In this document: in pieces, positions 1 through 11,310 of the stretch
Layout of the letters: each line of letters begins with the position of its first letter
Numbering within the stretch: the first letter of the stretch is position 1
Assembly: GCA_965198115.1 (NCBI GenBank)
Contig: OZ240241.1
Span: forward strand, 5,536,001 to 5,600,000
From: Candidatus Latescibacterota bacterium
Lineage (GTDB): Bacteria > Latescibacterota > UBA2968
Direction: 5' to 3'
Length of the DNA: 64,000 nucleotides
Notes under the pieces: generated by a model
What the model saw: only the letters and a program-made list of their open reading frames with translations
Told to the model about the DNA's origin: nothing
Database searches by the model: none
Position numbers and translations under genes: made by a program

Positions 1-2
1 AC

Positions 3-428
3 TGGCCGCCACCGATCGACGAGGCCCTTGCCGTGCCCAGGACGGATGCGGAGCCGGTCTATAAAGCGTGGTGGGAAAGCGCCTTTCCCGACGACTTGCA
101 CATCTCCCCGCATCTCGCACCTGCGGGTGATGACATCGTGTTGTCAACCGGCGAGGGGTTGCACGCTCTGTGCCGCGAGCGCCGGATCAGGCACCTGGTA
201 TACGCGGGTTTCGCGACCAATATCTGCGTGCTCTTTCGCGACTACGGCGTGCGCGCGATGGGCCAGATGGGCTACAATATCCTCTTTATCCGCGATGCAA
301 CGACCGGGGTGGAAGCGAGCGAGACGGTCGGCGATCTGGGGGCGACCCGGGCGGCCGTTTTCTTTATCGAGACCAAGGTCGGCGTAAGCACGACCGCCGA
401 AGCGTTTGTCGAAGCTTGCCGTTCTTAA
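3..428 (+). CDS. Isochorismatase/cysteine hydrolase family protein (5'-truncated by window edge)
   Basis: Frame open from window start; 'LVYAGFATNICV...MGYNILFIRDATT' resembles the isochorismatase catalytic Cys region; TAA stop. Confidence 0.75.
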   Translation, partial: WPPPIDEALAVPRTDAEPVYKAWWESAFPDDLHISPHLAPAGDDIVLSTGEGLHALCRERRIRHLVYAGFATNICVLFRDYGVRAMGQMGYNILFIRDATTGVEASETVGDLGATRAAVFFIETKVGVSTTAEAFVEACRS

Positions 429-522
429 ATTCCCTATCCCCTGATTCCCTACTCGCTCCCCTAAACCTTCATCTGCGACTCTGTTCAGGCAACGCCGGGT
501 AGAAGCTGGCGACCCGCCTCTC

Positions 523-2136
523 TCAATAACGCACAGAGAGTTGAACGCAATCCAGCACCAGCGGCGCTTGAGCTGCTGCGTCCCGTCGTTCCAACAGCAC
601 CTCGACCTGATTCTCACCTCGCCTGACCTGTTCCGGCTTCAGCCCACATTCCAGCCAGCGTCCGCTCGACCCGGCCTGCGGCTCACCCCGCACCAGATCG
701 TTCAGCAAGGCCCCGTTGAGTTTTACCGGCATCTTGTCATCCGCCATCAGATCCCAGAGGTGCAGACGAAAACGCAGCTTCGAAATTGTGTTCGAGCCAA
801 GATCTTCACCCACCTGAAAGTGTAGCCCGAGCGGCTCCCCCTGCTGGACTTCCACCTCGATCATCTTCTCGAAGCTCGAGTCCCCGCCGAAGTGATCGAT
901 CCCGTATAGCTTGTCCTTGCCTGCCATCGATTCGGGGTCGCCGATCTCCCGCCATATCTCGGGCTCGCCCAACGCCGGATTGAAGATGTAGATCCCGTCG
1001 GCACCGGCATTGAACATGTTCGTGGCGGCGGCGCGCCACGCTGCCCGGGTGCCTTCCCACCCGTTGATGACTGGGATATACGACGGCTTGCCCAGGCGAT
1101 CCGGTTGCCCACCGTAGAGGGTTTCCAGCCACAAGGTGCGGTTCCTCTGCGTGCCCTTGGAATGACCGAGGAAAGCCCAGTGGACCCAGAAAGCCCAGTC
1201 GATGCAGGGATACACCGGCACATCGTGCCGGTGCCCCAGTGCGACGATATCCGCAAACGACTCCGTCATGCACGATTCACTGCCGCCGCCGGGGATCAGC
1301 AGGTCTAGGAGGTCCTCCCCGAGCCATTGCTCCAGATCGACGCCGATGAAACGCGCATCCGCCGTGTTGAACGGTGTCCGCGCCGCCACGAGCAGCGGGC
1401 GCCCTCTCTTCGCGCCCACCTCGTCGGCCACATTCCGGACACGCCGCACCAGATCGGTCATCATATCCAGGTGCTGCGGTTCTACCGGACGCATCTCACG
1501 CGTTGGACGGAAATACGGGTAGTGTCGGAAAAAGTCCATCTCCATCCCGTCCACATCGTAGTTGTGCGCCACCTCTGCGATGATCGAAAAAACGTGGTCT
1601 CGCACCTCCGGGAAGCTGTAGTCGAGGGCCGTCCACGGTCCGCTCTCCGTGTCCTCCGGCTCCCCCATGAGGAATTCCGGATGGTCGCGCTTGAAGGGCG
1701 CCAGACCGTAGTCCCAGCGCCGTGCACCCGGAGGGTAAGAATCGTGGCCATCGTTCATGCGCAGCGACCAGAACGACTCCATGCCGTGCGCGTGGCTGAA
1801 GTCGGTCTGGATCTGCAGGGTGTCGCGCTCGTACTGCTCGACAAGCTCCAGCGGCATCTCCTTGTCATAGAAGCCGCCCAATTTCGTGTGGTGCGAGAAA
1901 ATGAGCCCGGCCATGCAGCTTGCGTACCAGTTGCTGTCCACCTGTGAGCCGATCAACGGCGTGCTCCGCGCATCGAGGAAATCATCGATGAGCTCACCCG
2001 CCGTGCGCACAGCCAGACTCTCAGCGACGTCGTGGTCGTGTGCCATGCCCGAGCGCGCGTAGATGGCATCGTCACCATCGTTGTTGTAGATGATGCGGCG
2101 TTTACGCCAGCGCGCTTTCTTTCTCGCTTCGCTCAT
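523..2136 (-). CDS. Glycoside hydrolase-like (GHL10-type TIM barrel) protein
   Basis: AAGGAGG RBS before MSEARKK; motifs RRIIYNNDG, SLRMNDGH, LDYSFPEVRD, YDVDGMEMDFFRH, GADGIYIFN. Confidence 0.7.
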   Translation of the reverse strand: MSEARKKARWRKRRIIYNNDGDDAIYARSGMAHDHDVAESLAVRTAGELIDDFLDARSTPLIGSQVDSNWYASCMAGLIFSHHTKLGGFYDKEMPLELVEQYERDTLQIQTDFSHAHGMESFWSLRMNDGHDSYPPGARRWDYGLAPFKRDHPEFLMGEPEDTESGPWTALDYSFPEVRDHVFSIIAEVAHNYDVDGMEMDFFRHYPYFRPTREMRPVEPQHLDMMTDLVRRVRNVADEVGAKRGRPLLVAARTPFNTADARFIGVDLEQWLGEDLLDLLIPGGGSESCMTESFADIVALGHRHDVPVYPCIDWAFWVHWAFLGHSKGTQRNRTLWLETLYGGQPDRLGKPSYIPVINGWEGTRAAWRAAATNMFNAGADGIYIFNPALGEPEIWREIGDPESMAGKDKLYGIDHFGGDSSFEKMIEVEVQQGEPLGLHFQVGEDLGSNTISKLRFRLHLWDLMADDKMPVKLNGALLNDLVRGEPQAGSSGRWLECGLKPEQVRRGENQVEVLLERRDAAAQAPLVLDCVQLSVRY

Positions 2137-2332
2137 CACATGCCTCCTTGAAGACCCGTATGGCGGTTGGCCTGTCGGCTGCTCTACCCGGACTGCATTC
2201 ATCCTTTCCAGATCTGCTCCGCTGCAGCATGCTTCTCTGCTGAGATATGTACTCGATCGTGTGAACAGCGCGGGCGCGACCACGCCCGGGTATCTGGGTA
2301 GGGGTAGGCAGCACGCCCATCACGTTCCAAGG

Positions 2333-3632
2333 TCAGGCCGAGGCCTCGAGGGCAGAGGACTGTGGTGGGAGGCTACGAAGCCCGAGCGCCGCGAAGAAGG
2401 CGATCAGAATGAATAGTGCGGCGAAAGCGAAGACGAAAGGGCCCATCGATCCGTAAAGTACACCCCCCACGGTCAATCCGAAAATGCTCGCCAGGCTGCC
2501 CGCACTGCTGGCGATTCCCTGAACGCGTCCCTGATAGTCCTGGTTCGTCGTCTTCGATAGTGACGACATGACCGATGGCCACATGAGGCCGTTTCCCAGG
2601 CCAATGCCGCAGCGCCGACATAGGTCATGACAATCGCCTCCGACAGAAAGAAGAGAAAGCTGCAGCCGAGGATCAGACTGCCGACGACGATGAGCCGGCC
2701 TTCGGACCACCGGAAGCGCGCTCGAGAGCCGGGCCCTGCACGACGGCCATGAGGAGTCCGAGAACGGCAAAGAACATACCTGTGTCTGCAAGTTCCCAAT
2801 CGAGTCGCTTCACGGCGTCGACAGGAAATGCGATGTAGTAGAAATTGAATCCCAGGAAGACCAGGAAGTAAATGAACAGGTGACGCCTGACCCCGGGGAA
2901 ACGAAGGACCTCTTGAAGACTGAGCACTTCCGGGCAACTGAGCGCATAACATTCCTTCTGCTCCTGACCGAACATCTTTCGGAGACACGCCGGATCCGGG
3001 TCACTGCTCAGCTGAGCTGGTCTCGTTTCCGGAAGCAGGAAGAGGATCAACAGCGTGGCGACGGTTGATATGAAGATCGCCGCCAGAATCGGGTTGGACA
3101 CCCCTCCCTCAGAAGCTCCGAGGACGCCGGCAATCGCCGGTCCTGCTACAAATCCCAGGTTCGAAGACACGGACATTCGGCCGAAGTTTGTGCTTCGGTT
3201 CTCGTCGTCAGAAACATCTGACAGATACGCATTCGCCACCGAAACGTTACCACCGGTAATCCCGTCGAGGATTCGTGCACCGAACAGAACGAGGAGGGAG
3301 AGAGTTACGGTGAAGGCCCCTACCATCTCCGACTCGATCTGCCATATTTCAGTCTTGGGCAGGTAGAGGGCTGCGAGGAAGATGCACCAGGAAATCAGGG
3401 TCCCGATCTGGCTCAGCAGGAGGATCCGGCGACGTCCATAGCGATCGGACCAGCGGCCGAGAATCGGTGCGCCGATCAACTGGAAGACCGAATAAGCGGC
3501 TCCGAGAAATCCGTAGACGAATGCGTTGCCACCCAGGTCGAGCACCAGGAAAACCAGGAACGGCATCACAATGCTGAACCCGAGGGTGCCGACGAAGTTC
3601 ACGGCCAGTATGGGAAACAGTCTCTTGTCCAT
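2333..3632 (-). pseudogene. MFS transporter (TetA/DHA1-like), two frameshifts (~2712, ~2607); possibly sequencing error
   Basis: MFS motif A 'LGRWSDRYGRRRILL' and 'RILDGITGGN'; hydrophobic C-terminal helices continue successively in ORFs 2473..2988 and 2333..2791. Confidence 0.75.
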
Positions 3633-3941
3633 CGGCTTCTCTCTTATGACACTGTTAAGTCCGATCCCATTGCGATCTCGAGGACCACTGGGCGGCATCC
3701 CCGAGCAGGAAACCGGCACCTGAAGACAGGGCTTGAAAATCAACTGATGACCCTACAGTTTCTTCGGAATATCGTCAAGAAGAGAGGCGATCGCCCCACG
3801 ACGCCCATCAGTGGAGAATGTGTGTCGTGGAGCGTCTTGCGCTTCAATCGCAAGCTCAGCCTTCTAAGAAAGCCTTGATAGGAAGAGTAAACGGCAGCGT
3901 GTCGGAGTCTCAGCAAATGTTGAAGACATCAGGGAGGTAAG

Positions 3942-5570
3942 ATGGCGTTTTCTGGGTTCGGAACGGTGCACAGGCCCACTGTGACGGGCAAGTGTGGAAT
4001 GGTGGCCTCGGCCCATCCATTGGCATCACTCGCAGGGCTGCGGATTCTGATGGAGGGCGGGAATGCGATTGATGCGGCAGTTGCAACAGCAGCGGCCCTG
4101 AACGTGGTGGAGCCGTATATGTCTGGCCTGGGTGGCGACGGGTATATGCACATCTACAGCGCGAATAAGAAAGAACATCAGGTTCTGGACTATATGGGAC
4201 GTGCGCCCGGCAGGGCCGAAATAGGACTTTTCGACAATCCTGAGAAGCGGGAGTTGGGTCCGCTCAGTTGTCTGGTGCCAGGCGCTTGTGGGGGGTGGTT
4301 GGAAGCCCTGGCGCGTTACGGGACAATGGATACGGAAGCGGTCTTTGGACCGGCGATTGAATACGCCGAGGACGGATTCGCAGTGACCGTCAAGAACCAT
4401 GAGTTTATCGGGGGGGCAGTTCCAAATCTGCTCAGGTTTCCGGCCTCCGCCGAAAACTATCTGACCGGTGGCACAGGACCTCGGCCCGGCGAGGTGTTGG
4501 TTCAGAAAGATCTGGCGCAGACGTTTCGAGCTATTGCCGAAGGAGGATCCGAGGTTTTCTACAAGAGTGAAATTGCGGAACGGATCGTGAAATACGTGGA
4601 AGAGCACGGCGGGATCATGACCATGGATGATCTGTCCGGGTTCTCACCGGAGTGGCAAGATCCGATTTATACGACCTATCGGGGACACCAAGTGTTTGCG
4701 CCCCCTCCACCGTGTCAGGCAGTTCAGTATCTGGAGATGCTGAATATTCTGGAGGGGTTTGATCTGGAAGAGATGGGACACAACACCGTTGATACACTGC
4801 ACCTGTTCATCGAAGCCGCAAAGCTTGCCACGGCCGATCGCGTGGCCTATGCGGGGATTGAGAACCCACCCACGGCAGGCCTGATTTCGAAGGCGTTTGC
4901 AGAGGACCGCAGGGGTCTCATTGGCGACCGAGCCACGTATTCGGGTGGAGAAGTCTACAGCAGCTCGCCCGATGCGCTTTCATCGGGAGACCCACACGCG
5001 TGGATGGCGACAGAGTGCACAACTCATTTTGACACGGTGGATTCGGAGGGCAATGCGGTGTCGACGACCCAGAGTCTGGGCGGCGCATTTGGTTCTGCGG
5101 CGGTCGTGCCCGGCACCGGTCTCGCGCTCAATAACTTCTTAAAATGGTTCGATTACGATCCCGACAGCCCCAACGTGATTGGACCGAGAAAGAAGATGGA
5201 GATGTGTATGTCTCCGGTACAGGTGTGGGACGATGAGAGATTGAGGCTATTGATCGGGACGCCTGGCAGTTACGGGATATTACAGACGACGCTCCAGATG
5301 ATTATGAATGTGATGGACCACGGGATGCACGTACAGGCGGCGATCGAAGCGCCCAGGCTGAAGACATCTCTGGGATACAGGGTGGATGTGGAGACCCGGA
5401 TTTCTGAAGAAGTGCTGGGAGAACTGGAGCAGAAAGGACACGAGTTCAATCGACTGGGAGACTGGTCGGCGGGTGTTGGAGGTGGACAGGGAATCGAGGT
5501 GGATCGGGAGACAGGATCGTTCATGGGTGGGGCGGATCCGAGGCGCGATGGGTATGCGCTCGGTTTCTGA
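3942..5570 (+). CDS. ggt: Gamma-glutamyltransferase
   Basis: GGNAIDAAVA, VVEPYMSGLGGDG, nucleophile region 'TTHFDTVDSEGNAVS', GTPGS, C-terminal GGADPRRDG; GGAGG RBS. Confidence 0.93.
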   Translation: MAFSGFGTVHRPTVTGKCGMVASAHPLASLAGLRILMEGGNAIDAAVATAAALNVVEPYMSGLGGDGYMHIYSANKKEHQVLDYMGRAPGRAEIGLFDNPEKRELGPLSCLVPGACGGWLEALARYGTMDTEAVFGPAIEYAEDGFAVTVKNHEFIGGAVPNLLRFPASAENYLTGGTGPRPGEVLVQKDLAQTFRAIAEGGSEVFYKSEIAERIVKYVEEHGGIMTMDDLSGFSPEWQDPIYTTYRGHQVFAPPPPCQAVQYLEMLNILEGFDLEEMGHNTVDTLHLFIEAAKLATADRVAYAGIENPPTAGLISKAFAEDRRGLIGDRATYSGGEVYSSSPDALSSGDPHAWMATECTTHFDTVDSEGNAVSTTQSLGGAFGSAAVVPGTGLALNNFLKWFDYDPDSPNVIGPRKKMEMCMSPVQVWDDERLRLLIGTPGSYGILQTTLQMIMNVMDHGMHVQAAIEAPRLKTSLGYRVDVETRISEEVLGELEQKGHEFNRLGDWSAGVGGGQGIEVDRETGSFMGGADPRRDGYALGF

Positions 5571-5703
5571 TCCCGTTCCTTTGTGTGCACAGCCTGCGTA
5601 GAACGCACTCTCGAAACACACCCAGCTCAACTCCGCCGGACACGGCGGCGTGACGTCTGTTTCTCACGCGGCTTCCGACTGGAAGATCTCGGAGTATTGC
5701 CTC

Positions 5704-7107
5704 ATGAACCAAAAGACGTGCGACATTCTCATTCATAACGGCCAGATCCTGACCATGGACCCGGAGCGCAGGATTTACAATCCGGGAGCGGTGGCCATCG
5801 CAGGTTCGCGTATCGTGGGGATTAGCGCCGATGCGGAGCTGCGACAACGATTCGTCGGGCGTCAAACGATCGATGCCGAAGGCGCGATCGTCCACCCCGG
5901 CTTCATTGACGCACACAATCATATCGTGCACACCACATGTCGGGGGATCTTCGACAACATCCACGACGCGGGTGCACCCGTCAATTTCGCTGATTGGAAA
6001 GCCGGCGTCACCCCTGAGGACGAAGCGGCCGCCATTGCCATGGCCACGGTCGAGCTGCTCCGCAGCGGCTTCACGATGTTCATTGAGCCGGGCTCCCTGT
6101 TTTCGACCGATGCGGGAGCGGATGCGGTCGAGCGTGTGGGCACGAGAGCCATGTTCGCCCCGCTCTATCTTTGGGATCGGCGCGAACCCTTCGATGCCGT
6201 GCCCTCACTCGAGAGTGCGAGCCTGATGGCTCGCGCACCGATCGACCACGACCGGTCGATGGGACAATTGGATGTGGAGCTGCACCGCAACCAAGACCCC
6301 GAGGCGTTGGTCCGCGGCTACATCTTCGTTTACGGGATCGGGACGGCCTCGCCTGAATTGCTGCAATCCGCCCACGCTTGTGCTCGCGACAACGACGTAC
6401 CGCTGCACCTGCACGCCGGTTACACCCTCAAGGAAGCCGAGATCTACCGTGCAATGTACGGCGTCAGCCAGCTCGTACACTTACAACAGCTGGGGGTCCT
6501 CGACGAGCATACCGTCGTCGTCCACACCTACGCGCTGGAAGAAGCCGATGAAATGGCAGCTCGCGAATCGGGCTGCCAGATTGCGTGGTGCCCGGCCGCG
6601 TTTTTCTCGCTAGGCATCGCACAGAGTGTGAGCTTCAAGATGGCGGAGCGCTATCGTCGAGGCCTCCGGCTCTCCCTGGGCACAGACGGTCCTCGCAACG
6701 GCACACCCGGCGAGACCATGCTCGCGGCGCGTTTCGTCTCACAAGCCTACGCGGATCCCCTTTCCCCTGGCGCGCTACTCGAAATGCAAACCATCAACGC
6801 TGCCGCTGCCGCCGGGCTGGACGCAGAGCTGGGAAGTCTGGAGTCCGGGAAGCGCGCGGATGTCGTCGTGAGATCGCCACGGGTGGCTGAAGCCTATCCC
6901 GACAACAACCCGACGCACATCCTGGCACTCACGATGAGGGCCGGCAGCGTGGAAACGGTTCTGGTGAACGGCGAGGTTGTCTTCAGCGGAGGACACTCGA
7001 CCCGAGTGGATGAGTCCGAGGTTTACCGAACCGTCTCTGATTCGGTCGTTGCGCGAGCGAAGCGGCTCAATATCGATCCCGGCCCGGATTGGCCAATCGT
7101 GAGCTGA
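5704..7107 (+). CDS. Metal-dependent amidohydrolase (MTA/SAH deaminase/chlorohydrolase-like)
   Basis: PGFIDAHNH (HxH), HLHAG, LGTDG, GSLESGKRADVVV, VETVLVNGEVV. Confidence 0.85.
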   Translation: MNQKTCDILIHNGQILTMDPERRIYNPGAVAIAGSRIVGISADAELRQRFVGRQTIDAEGAIVHPGFIDAHNHIVHTTCRGIFDNIHDAGAPVNFADWKAGVTPEDEAAAIAMATVELLRSGFTMFIEPGSLFSTDAGADAVERVGTRAMFAPLYLWDRREPFDAVPSLESASLMARAPIDHDRSMGQLDVELHRNQDPEALVRGYIFVYGIGTASPELLQSAHACARDNDVPLHLHAGYTLKEAEIYRAMYGVSQLVHLQQLGVLDEHTVVVHTYALEEADEMAARESGCQIAWCPAAFFSLGIAQSVSFKMAERYRRGLRLSLGTDGPRNGTPGETMLAARFVSQAYADPLSPGALLEMQTINAAAAAGLDAELGSLESGKRADVVVRSPRVAEAYPDNNPTHILALTMRAGSVETVLVNGEVVFSGGHSTRVDESEVYRTVSDSVVARAKRLNIDPGPDWPIVS

Positions 7108-7154
7108 TCGACCGGATTGACCAGGCGCGTTGTGGAGGGGTGTGGAGCCCAGTG

Positions 7155-7967
7155 TCAGCCCGTCAGCGCCTGATGCAACCGTTCGAGAAACGCGAGCTTA
7201 TCCATCTTTTCGGCGATTCGACCATCGTCCTGCGTGCGCTGATCCTTGTCAAAGCCGTGATTGGCCTGTATCTGGTCGCTGAAGAACGGTTTGGGGTTGT
7301 CAGCGCCTTCGATGTCTTCCTGTATTGCCTTCTGAAGCTGCGGAATCCGTCCCATCAGATGATCCACATCCCTCGGCTTGAAATCTTCTGCAAGCTGTAG
7401 GAACTGGATGCCGTCGCCGTCGTTGTAGAGACCGTCCCGTCCAGCGCCTGACAGATACGTCACCAGAATGTTGCGGCGAGCTTCGCTTTCCCAGATGGGA
7501 CGACGCGCGATGGCCTTGAACAAGGGTCGCTCCTGGACGAAGGACTCCTGCCCGAGCAGGCTCCAGACCGGCTCGGGAATCGCGCCGTCCAGCCGAAGGC
7601 GATAGACGTAGCGTTCGAGAATCACCTCCTGCAGCACGACCCTGAAATCACCATCACGCGTCACGAGCTCCGCACGCGTCGGCCGCGCCTCCAGCTGTTC
7701 CACCAGCGCCGGCCATTCCTCCCTCGGAACGGACTCGGCGCCCAATAGCTCCGCAAACACGGCTTGATCCGGCAGCTTCGGTGTGAACAACGGCGACAGG
7801 ATCAGCTCGTATTCGTGTTCCTCCAGGTCCGCCAGCCCGGTCTCGAGAAACACGCCCACCTCGTCACGGTCGATTTCGTGAGTGCTCCAGATATTGTCGA
7901 TGATCCGATCGGGGACCTCCCGGGGGCGTTCCAGTTCTTTGGCTATCGTCTCTATCAATTGTGACAC
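7155..7967 (-). CDS. Hypothetical protein
   Basis: 270-aa ORF with GGAGAGG RBS and protein-like composition; family not recognised. Confidence 0.65.
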   Translation of the reverse strand: MSQLIETIAKELERPREVPDRIIDNIWSTHEIDRDEVGVFLETGLADLEEHEYELILSPLFTPKLPDQAVFAELLGAESVPREEWPALVEQLEARPTRAELVTRDGDFRVVLQEVILERYVYRLRLDGAIPEPVWSLLGQESFVQERPLFKAIARRPIWESEARRNILVTYLSGAGRDGLYNDGDGIQFLQLAEDFKPRDVDHLMGRIPQLQKAIQEDIEGADNPKPFFSDQIQANHGFDKDQRTQDDGRIAEKMDKLAFLERLHQALTG

Positions 7968-8289
7968 GTCGTAAGTTCCTCTCCAGTCGTGCTCCGGCCG
8001 AGCGTAGTCACGTAGCGGGCATTTTCCCGAGTTGCGTAGGCTCGGTGTCTACCATACGTGACAAGAAGAATAAGGGAACCATTCGGGGCCGCAAGGTCGG
8101 TGTCGGCCGAACAAGTCTCGGGTCGCTCGAGTATGCCGTGGCATAGGACAAACCTGACCAGGTGCATCGTGGAAACTGACAGGCGTTCGTAGAGCAAGTG
8201 AATATATTGGAGGTGGATCACCAACCGCCGTCGGGGCGCGGCTGCTCGAATGCTATTTGCACATTGCTTCGACAACAGAGGGATGACCT

Positions 8290-8781
8290 ATGACTGATGA
8301 AGGTATTCCCAAGATCGTGGGTGTGTGCCACGTAGGGCTGCACGCGGAAGATCCAACGGCCCTTGCCGATTTCTACAGGGACACGATGGGTATGCAGGTC
8401 GTTGGCAGTCGGTCTGGAACGGATGGATCAGATTGCGCCTTCCTCAGCAGCCGGCCGGACGAGGAATCTCACGAAATCGTCTTCTTCGCAAATCCTGCGG
8501 GCAGGCACACTGCGTTAAAAGTCAAATCATTGGCGGACTTGCGCACCTTCTACCAACACATCGTAGATCGGGGCGTGGCAATCAAAAGATCCGTCAACCA
8601 CGGGGTATCGCTCGCCTTCTACTTCGATGATCCAGAGGGAAACACGATCGAAATCTACTGGGCGACGGGGCTTGCGTACGGCCAACCCTATGGCCACCGT
8701 GTCGACTTGACGCTGAGTGAAGAGGCGCTGCTGCAAGACGTGACAGAACTGGCTGCCAAAGTCGGCGTTCCCTATCCATAG
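8290..8781 (+). CDS. VOC (glyoxalase/extradiol dioxygenase) family protein
   Basis: HVGLHAED..LADFYRDTMG, NHGVSLAFYFDDPEGNTIEIY. Confidence 0.88.
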   Translation: MTDEGIPKIVGVCHVGLHAEDPTALADFYRDTMGMQVVGSRSGTDGSDCAFLSSRPDEESHEIVFFANPAGRHTALKVKSLADLRTFYQHIVDRGVAIKRSVNHGVSLAFYFDDPEGNTIEIYWATGLAYGQPYGHRVDLTLSEEALLQDVTELAAKVGVPYP

Positions 8782-8849
8782 AGCCATGCTGATTTCGCGT
8801 CCTTGAACGGACGCCCCAACTACACCTCTTAGTCAGATGAGGAGAAGCC

Positions 8850-9511
8850 ATGCGCTTGATCATCATTGGCTGTGAATTCACAGGTAAACGACCCTGGCAC
8901 GGAACCTAGGCGAGTGGATGGAGCGCGAGCTCGGTTCGTGTACGACGAGCTTTCACGACCACTTCCTGCCGTGGGATCCGGCCGACCCAGGACCCAAGGG
9001 GGAGCGTATTGACGACGAATTGAAACTGCTGTCGCTGAACGAGCCTTCGGTCGTGGACAAGTACAACCGCTACGTCATCCACTACCATACGCACCCCGGC
9101 TTCTACGCCAGTCCGGACCACTGTGTCGTCGGCTGGTACTACGCCGACGCCGTCTATGGGCCGCTCTACTACGGCTTCGGCGGCCCTGGCCATGAGGCTG
9201 ACCGACAGATCATGGCGCGGTCATACGATGCGATGGTAAAGCAGATGGCGCCGGACACGGTGCTCGTCTACCTGACTGCCGACGCCGAGGTGATCCGCGA
9301 GCGGCAGGCCGCGCAACCGCGACCGTATCCCAAGGCGGAGGACATCGAGCACATCCAGCAGCGCTTCGCTGAAGAGTTCGAGCGGTCGCTGCTGGACCAC
9401 CGCATCACGCTGGACACCAGCACGAAGACCCCGCAAGAAACGTTGGAGGACTTCGTCGGGCAGATGGAACCCCACTGGACCCCGGCCGATCGGCTGCGGC
9501 GAAGAGTCTGA
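8850..9511 (+). pseudogene. P-loop nucleotide kinase-like protein with frameshift in Walker A (~8886-8888); probably sequencing error
   Basis: GAGGAG RBS, ATG 8850 MRLIIIGCEFTGK; adding one A to AAA gives GKTTLARNLGEW and joins ORF 8918..9511 (VLVYLTADAEVIRER, LDTSTKTPQETL). Confidence 0.7.
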
Positions 9512-9537
9512 ACCGGTGGACGGTTGACCCCTCGACT

Positions 9538-9678
9538 CCCCATCGATACGTACCTGTCGGCACTACTCAGGACACGGCGCTCGGGACAGGCGAAAACACG
9601 CCCATTGCGGATCGCGAATGGGGACTTCTCGACCCTTCGCTACGTCCTTGCTTCGCATGACTACTCAGGACACAGCTC
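9538..9678. repeat. Pair of imperfect direct repeats (REP-like)
   Basis: ccc(a/t)tcg(a/c)tacgt...ctactcaggacac..gctc occurs twice in this intergenic region. Confidence 0.5.
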
Positions 9679-9767
9679 CGCCCGAAGTGACCCTGCTTTC
9701 GTTCATTCTACAGTGCGATTAATGTAACACCCCACATACCCATCCTCATAAATCCTAGAGAGGAACG

Positions 9768-11234
9768 ATGAGTAACCCAACCCACCGCCCGCGCAACATC
9801 CTCTACATCTTCACCGACGACCAGAGCTATCGCTCGGTGAGCTGCTATCCTGGAGCGCATCCGTGGGTGAGAACACCGAACATCGACCGCCTCGCGCGTG
9901 AGGGTGTCCGCTTCACCAACTGCTACACTGGGGCCTGGTGCGCTCCGTCGCGCGCCACCTACCTGACGGGCAAGCTTCAGCACGGCATCACGAGCGTGCA
10001 TCTGCCCTCGGGCTATCCGAACTTCATCCGCGATCCGGACCGGTGTCCTTACTGGCTCGAGGATCTCCGTGAGAACGGCTGGTACACCGGCATCATCGGC
10101 AAGTGGCACACCGGTCCCGATCACGGCCACGGCCGCTACTGGGACTTCTCTGCAATCTGGGACCACAGCCAACCCGAGAAGTACGGACCCTATTACACCA
10201 ACCAGAAGATGAGCATCCAGGGAGGGCCACCGGAAGAGGTGGGTGGCTACTCTACGGACAACTACACGGAGTTTGCTCTGGAGTTCTTGCGTGGACGCAC
10301 CGAGGAACCGGACAAGCCCTGGCACCTCTGGCTGTGCTACGACGGGGTGCACGGGCCTTGGACGGTGGCGGACAGACATCTCAAGGATTATTCGGAGGTC
10401 CCCCAGGTCCCAACGCCCGAGGACATCTATCCCCCGCGACCCACCAAGGCCGCGCACATGCGCCCCTACGGCATGTGGCGCGAAGATGACAACGGCCAAC
10501 CGGTCTTCATCACGGACGGCCGGACGCTCACCAACTGGGTGCAGCAGTACAACCGTGCGGTACGCGCGCTAGATGAAGGCGTCGGCCGGGTCATCGACGT
10601 CGTTGAAGAGATGGGGCAGCTGGACGATACGTTGGTCGTCTTCACGTCCGACCAGGGCTTCGCCTGGGGGCAACACGGCTTCTGCCACAAGTTCGCGCCC
10701 TACGATGCCAACATCAAAGCCCCGATGATCATGCGGATGCCGAGCCTCATCGAAGCTGGCACGGTATGCGACGCACCCATCGGCGGACAGGACATCCCGC
10801 CGACCTTCCTCTCACTGATCGGGATGGAGCCACCCTGGCCCATGCACGGCCACGACCTGTCGCCGCTACTCGCCGAACCAGACGCCGAATGGGATCATCC
10901 CCTTCTGATGGAAAACACGCGCTACAACTTCGGCGAATACACCGATGTCGGCACCGGTGAGGCCGAAGGCGGGATTCCTTGGTGGGTGTCGCTACGCACG
11001 GGGAAATACAAGTACATCCGCTGGCTCGTTCACGGTGAGATCGAGGAGATGTACGACCTCGAGAACGATCCTGAGGAGCTGGAGAACCTCGCGCTGGAAC
11101 CGGGGCATCACGAGCGGTTGGCTCGACTGCGCCAGCAGACCATTGACGAGCTTCGTCGGACGGAGGCAGGAATGGTGGACAACCTGCCGCCGGTAATGGT
11201 GTTGACGAAGGAGGAGCTACTGGGCGGCGTATGA
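9768..11234 (+). CDS. Sulfatase (Cys-type, formylglycine-dependent)
   Basis: NILYIFTDDQ, RTPNIDRLA, CAPSR (CxPxR), GKWH, TLVVFTSDQG, EMYDLENDPEE. Confidence 0.93.
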   Translation: MSNPTHRPRNILYIFTDDQSYRSVSCYPGAHPWVRTPNIDRLAREGVRFTNCYTGAWCAPSRATYLTGKLQHGITSVHLPSGYPNFIRDPDRCPYWLEDLRENGWYTGIIGKWHTGPDHGHGRYWDFSAIWDHSQPEKYGPYYTNQKMSIQGGPPEEVGGYSTDNYTEFALEFLRGRTEEPDKPWHLWLCYDGVHGPWTVADRHLKDYSEVPQVPTPEDIYPPRPTKAAHMRPYGMWREDDNGQPVFITDGRTLTNWVQQYNRAVRALDEGVGRVIDVVEEMGQLDDTLVVFTSDQGFAWGQHGFCHKFAPYDANIKAPMIMRMPSLIEAGTVCDAPIGGQDIPPTFLSLIGMEPPWPMHGHDLSPLLAEPDAEWDHPLLMENTRYNFGEYTDVGTGEAEGGIPWWVSLRTGKYKYIRWLVHGEIEEMYDLENDPEELENLALEPGHHERLARLRQQTIDELRRTEAGMVDNLPPVMVLTKEELLGGV

Positions 11235-11310
11235 AACGGTGGGCGGTCGGCAGTATGCGGTGGGCGGTGTCATTGACCCTTATGATTCCGGCAGATGACC
11301 TTATCCCGGA

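Noticed and set aside
7955-8275. 106-aa and 61-aa ORFs in the divergent gap
   Set aside because: No motifs and atypical codon use; more likely promoter DNA.
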